From the NCBI GenBank assembly GCA_038087875.1, contig CM075978.1, forward strand, positions 103,912,001-103,976,000: a DNA stretch of 64,000 bases. The letters are read 5' to 3'. The position numbers were made by a program, and so were the translations under genes. Below the pieces are notes generated by a model that saw only the letters and a list, made by a program, of their open reading frames with translations, was not told the origin of the DNA and did no database searches. Shown here piece by piece: positions 61,955-64,000 of this stretch. Source of the stretch: Malacoraja senta. Its lineage: Eukaryota. The first letter of the stretch is position 1. Each line of letters starts with the position of its first letter.

Positions 61955-62425
61955 CGGTGCTGGCTGTCTTGGGCTTATCACGGCAGCTGAGTCTTGATCT
62001 CGAAGAGGAGGCACTAGCAGTCTTGGGTTTGGCCTGGAGGCTCAGGCCTTACCTCGAAGGGGGTGCTGGCTGTATTGGGCTTGTTCCAGTGGCTCAATCC
62101 TGGCCTCAATAGAGAAGGCATGATGATTTCACGCTTGTCCCTGCAGTTCACTCTTGCTTCAAGAAGTGCTGCTGGCTGTTTTAGGCTTGTCCTGGTAGCT
62201 CTGTCTTGACCTCGAAGAAAAGGCATAACGGTCTCAGGATTGCCCTGATGGCTCAGTCTTGACCTCATAGGAGGCAGCGGCTATCTAGGGCTTGTCCCGG
62301 CAGCTCAGTCGTAACCTCAAAAAAGGATGCACAGCAATCTCAGTCTTGTCTCTGCAGTTCACTCTTGCCTCAAAAGGAGGTATTGGTGATCTCGGGCTTG
62401 TCCAACTCAGTCTTCCTCCAAACCC
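61955..62425. repeat. Degenerate minisatellite, about 9 units of 51-55 bp
   Basis: Consensus approx. ggtgctggctgtcttgggcttgtcccggcagctcagtcttgacctcgaagagga. Confidence 0.85.
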
Positions 62426-62745
62426 GAAAAAGGGGAACACATCTAGTAGGGAGGTACCCTATTTTCACTCTCTTCCTCTCTCTTCTTTCTTCCTTCCTGT
62501 CTTGCACTTTCTGTCCTGCTTCCTCTTTCTCTCCTGCTTCCTCTCTCAGTCCTACCCTTCTTCTCCTCTGACTGCGATTGTCTTCATTTTGGCTGTGGCC
62601 TTAGATCAATATGGAGCTCTGACCAGAGTGAAGGTGTTTTCTGGAAACCATGCACAGTTCGTGGTGCTGAGGATTGGCTTCTCTTCAACTGTCTGGCGGT
62701 GACGGGGATCAGAGCGGCACATGAGGGAGGAGGTGCTGTCACAAC

Positions 62746-62870
62746 ACTAACCTCGTACGCGGTAGTTTTTATCAAAGGCCTGAAATCCAATGCACAAAAT
62801 CCACGGGTTCTCCTTTATCTGCTCTACCAATCCTCAAAAAGGTCCTGTAGTTTGGTCAAATATGTTTAGC
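62746..62870 (-). mobile_element. Degraded CR1 RT fragment
   Basis: Minus strand LTKL..FED...DKGEPVD...DF..FDK..RLV remnants. Confidence 0.7.
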
Positions 62871-64000
62871 CTTCAATAAATCTCTATTGACTTATCTCTG
62901 CTCCAATTTTTAAATATATTCATCACCCTCATTTAGCAAGAACCATTTCATAATGCATAACATTTTGGAAAATGACAAAAATGCAGATACTATTTCCATG
63001 TGATTGATCGCAAAAACAAAGGGCAGAGAAATAAGTAGAAAATAATCCAATATCCCTTACGATATCACTTCCTTGTTGGTTGAAAAGTGGTTACTGTTGA
63101 GCCGAGGTTACAATATCAGTAGCTTTAGCAAATGTCGACTTGGGTTTATCAATATAACAACACCATGAATCATACCACTGGGAGTATGTTAAAGACATGT
63201 CAATATTATGATCCATTTCAAAGAAAGAATCACACCATCTATATTCCATTAAAGGGGTATTTCGATTATTCCACACAATACAAAAATAAATCTTTGATGT
63301 TTGTGCTTATGGACGTAGACATACCATATTGGAACCAGGTAACCTTTGGAATTCATATTTCTGCTATTTTCATTGAATGATTTTGCCTAAACAAAATGAC
63401 GTAATTAAATAAAATCCATTTTCTTTGTAGTTTCCATTTGTAAAAATAACTTTTTCCATGACATCACAACTCTTCTTTACTAAGACTATTATGATCCAAG
63501 TGTAATGGCAGTTTCTATACCTTCTCAAAGTCCAACTTCGATAGCCATTACCTCGAGAATGTGATGAAGCTACTCATTTACGCACACACTAAACTCTTAT
63601 GATAGCAAAAACGACGTTGCTTCTTGATTAATTGGTCTTTATTGAAGTAATACATAACAAAGAAATAACTCATAACTTTCCGTTCTCAATAGCTGTTCCA
63701 TTTGTGGCATATAAATCATATAAGGGTGTCATCTTATAAGAATGTGGCGTCTCGTGTCTTGTATGATCGTGAGATCGTGGTAAAAACTGTTAGCCTTCAC
63801 ATCCCTCGAGACAAACTAAAACTCAAATCTATGAGTTTGTGCTAGTCTCCTCCAAAGTAGACACACCCCTCTATGTATCAATCCCACCTACAAAAGTACA
63901 GACAGATAAAAACTAAAAATATTAGACATGGCAATAATATACTGACTTAAGCTTAATGGCTCCTACATACCGGCCCCTAATTGTTCTACGTATATAACGA

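Noticed and set aside
61955-62425. CRISPR-like array
   Set aside because: Units are homologous along their whole length with no unique spacers; eukaryotic context and no cas genes

Overview
Vertebrate genomic DNA, probably a cartilaginous fish (skate/ray); this is inferred from the repeat families (HE1-like V-SINE, DeuSINE, abundant CR1 and Penelope-like elements). The + strand carries the 3' part of COL12A1 (FACIT collagen XII). Fourteen internal coding exons lie at 15212-47346 and encode the end of the TSPN domain, COL2, NC2, COL1 and the start of NC1. Two alternative terminal coding segments follow (53279-53289 and 55067-55212), then a 3' UTR to about 56470. The introns are packed with CR1 LINE fragments, Penelope-like elements carrying hammerhead-ribozyme-like cores, SINEs, a 1-kb TIR element and a cluster of Helitron-like units (about 1.5-5 kb). 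Downstream on the - strand is a structurally complete but frameshifted DIRS1-type tyrosine-recombinase retrotransposon (57120-61870) with gag, RT, RNase H, methyltransferase-like and YR domains, plus ITRs and an ICR. After it come a degenerate ~52-bp repeat array and an unexplained CpG-retaining segment. There are two N gaps. All calls were made by eye with no database searches. Exon and DIRS terminal coordinates were counted; most degraded-repeat boundaries are approximate. I did not find a demonstrably new biological system; the best leads are listed as findings.
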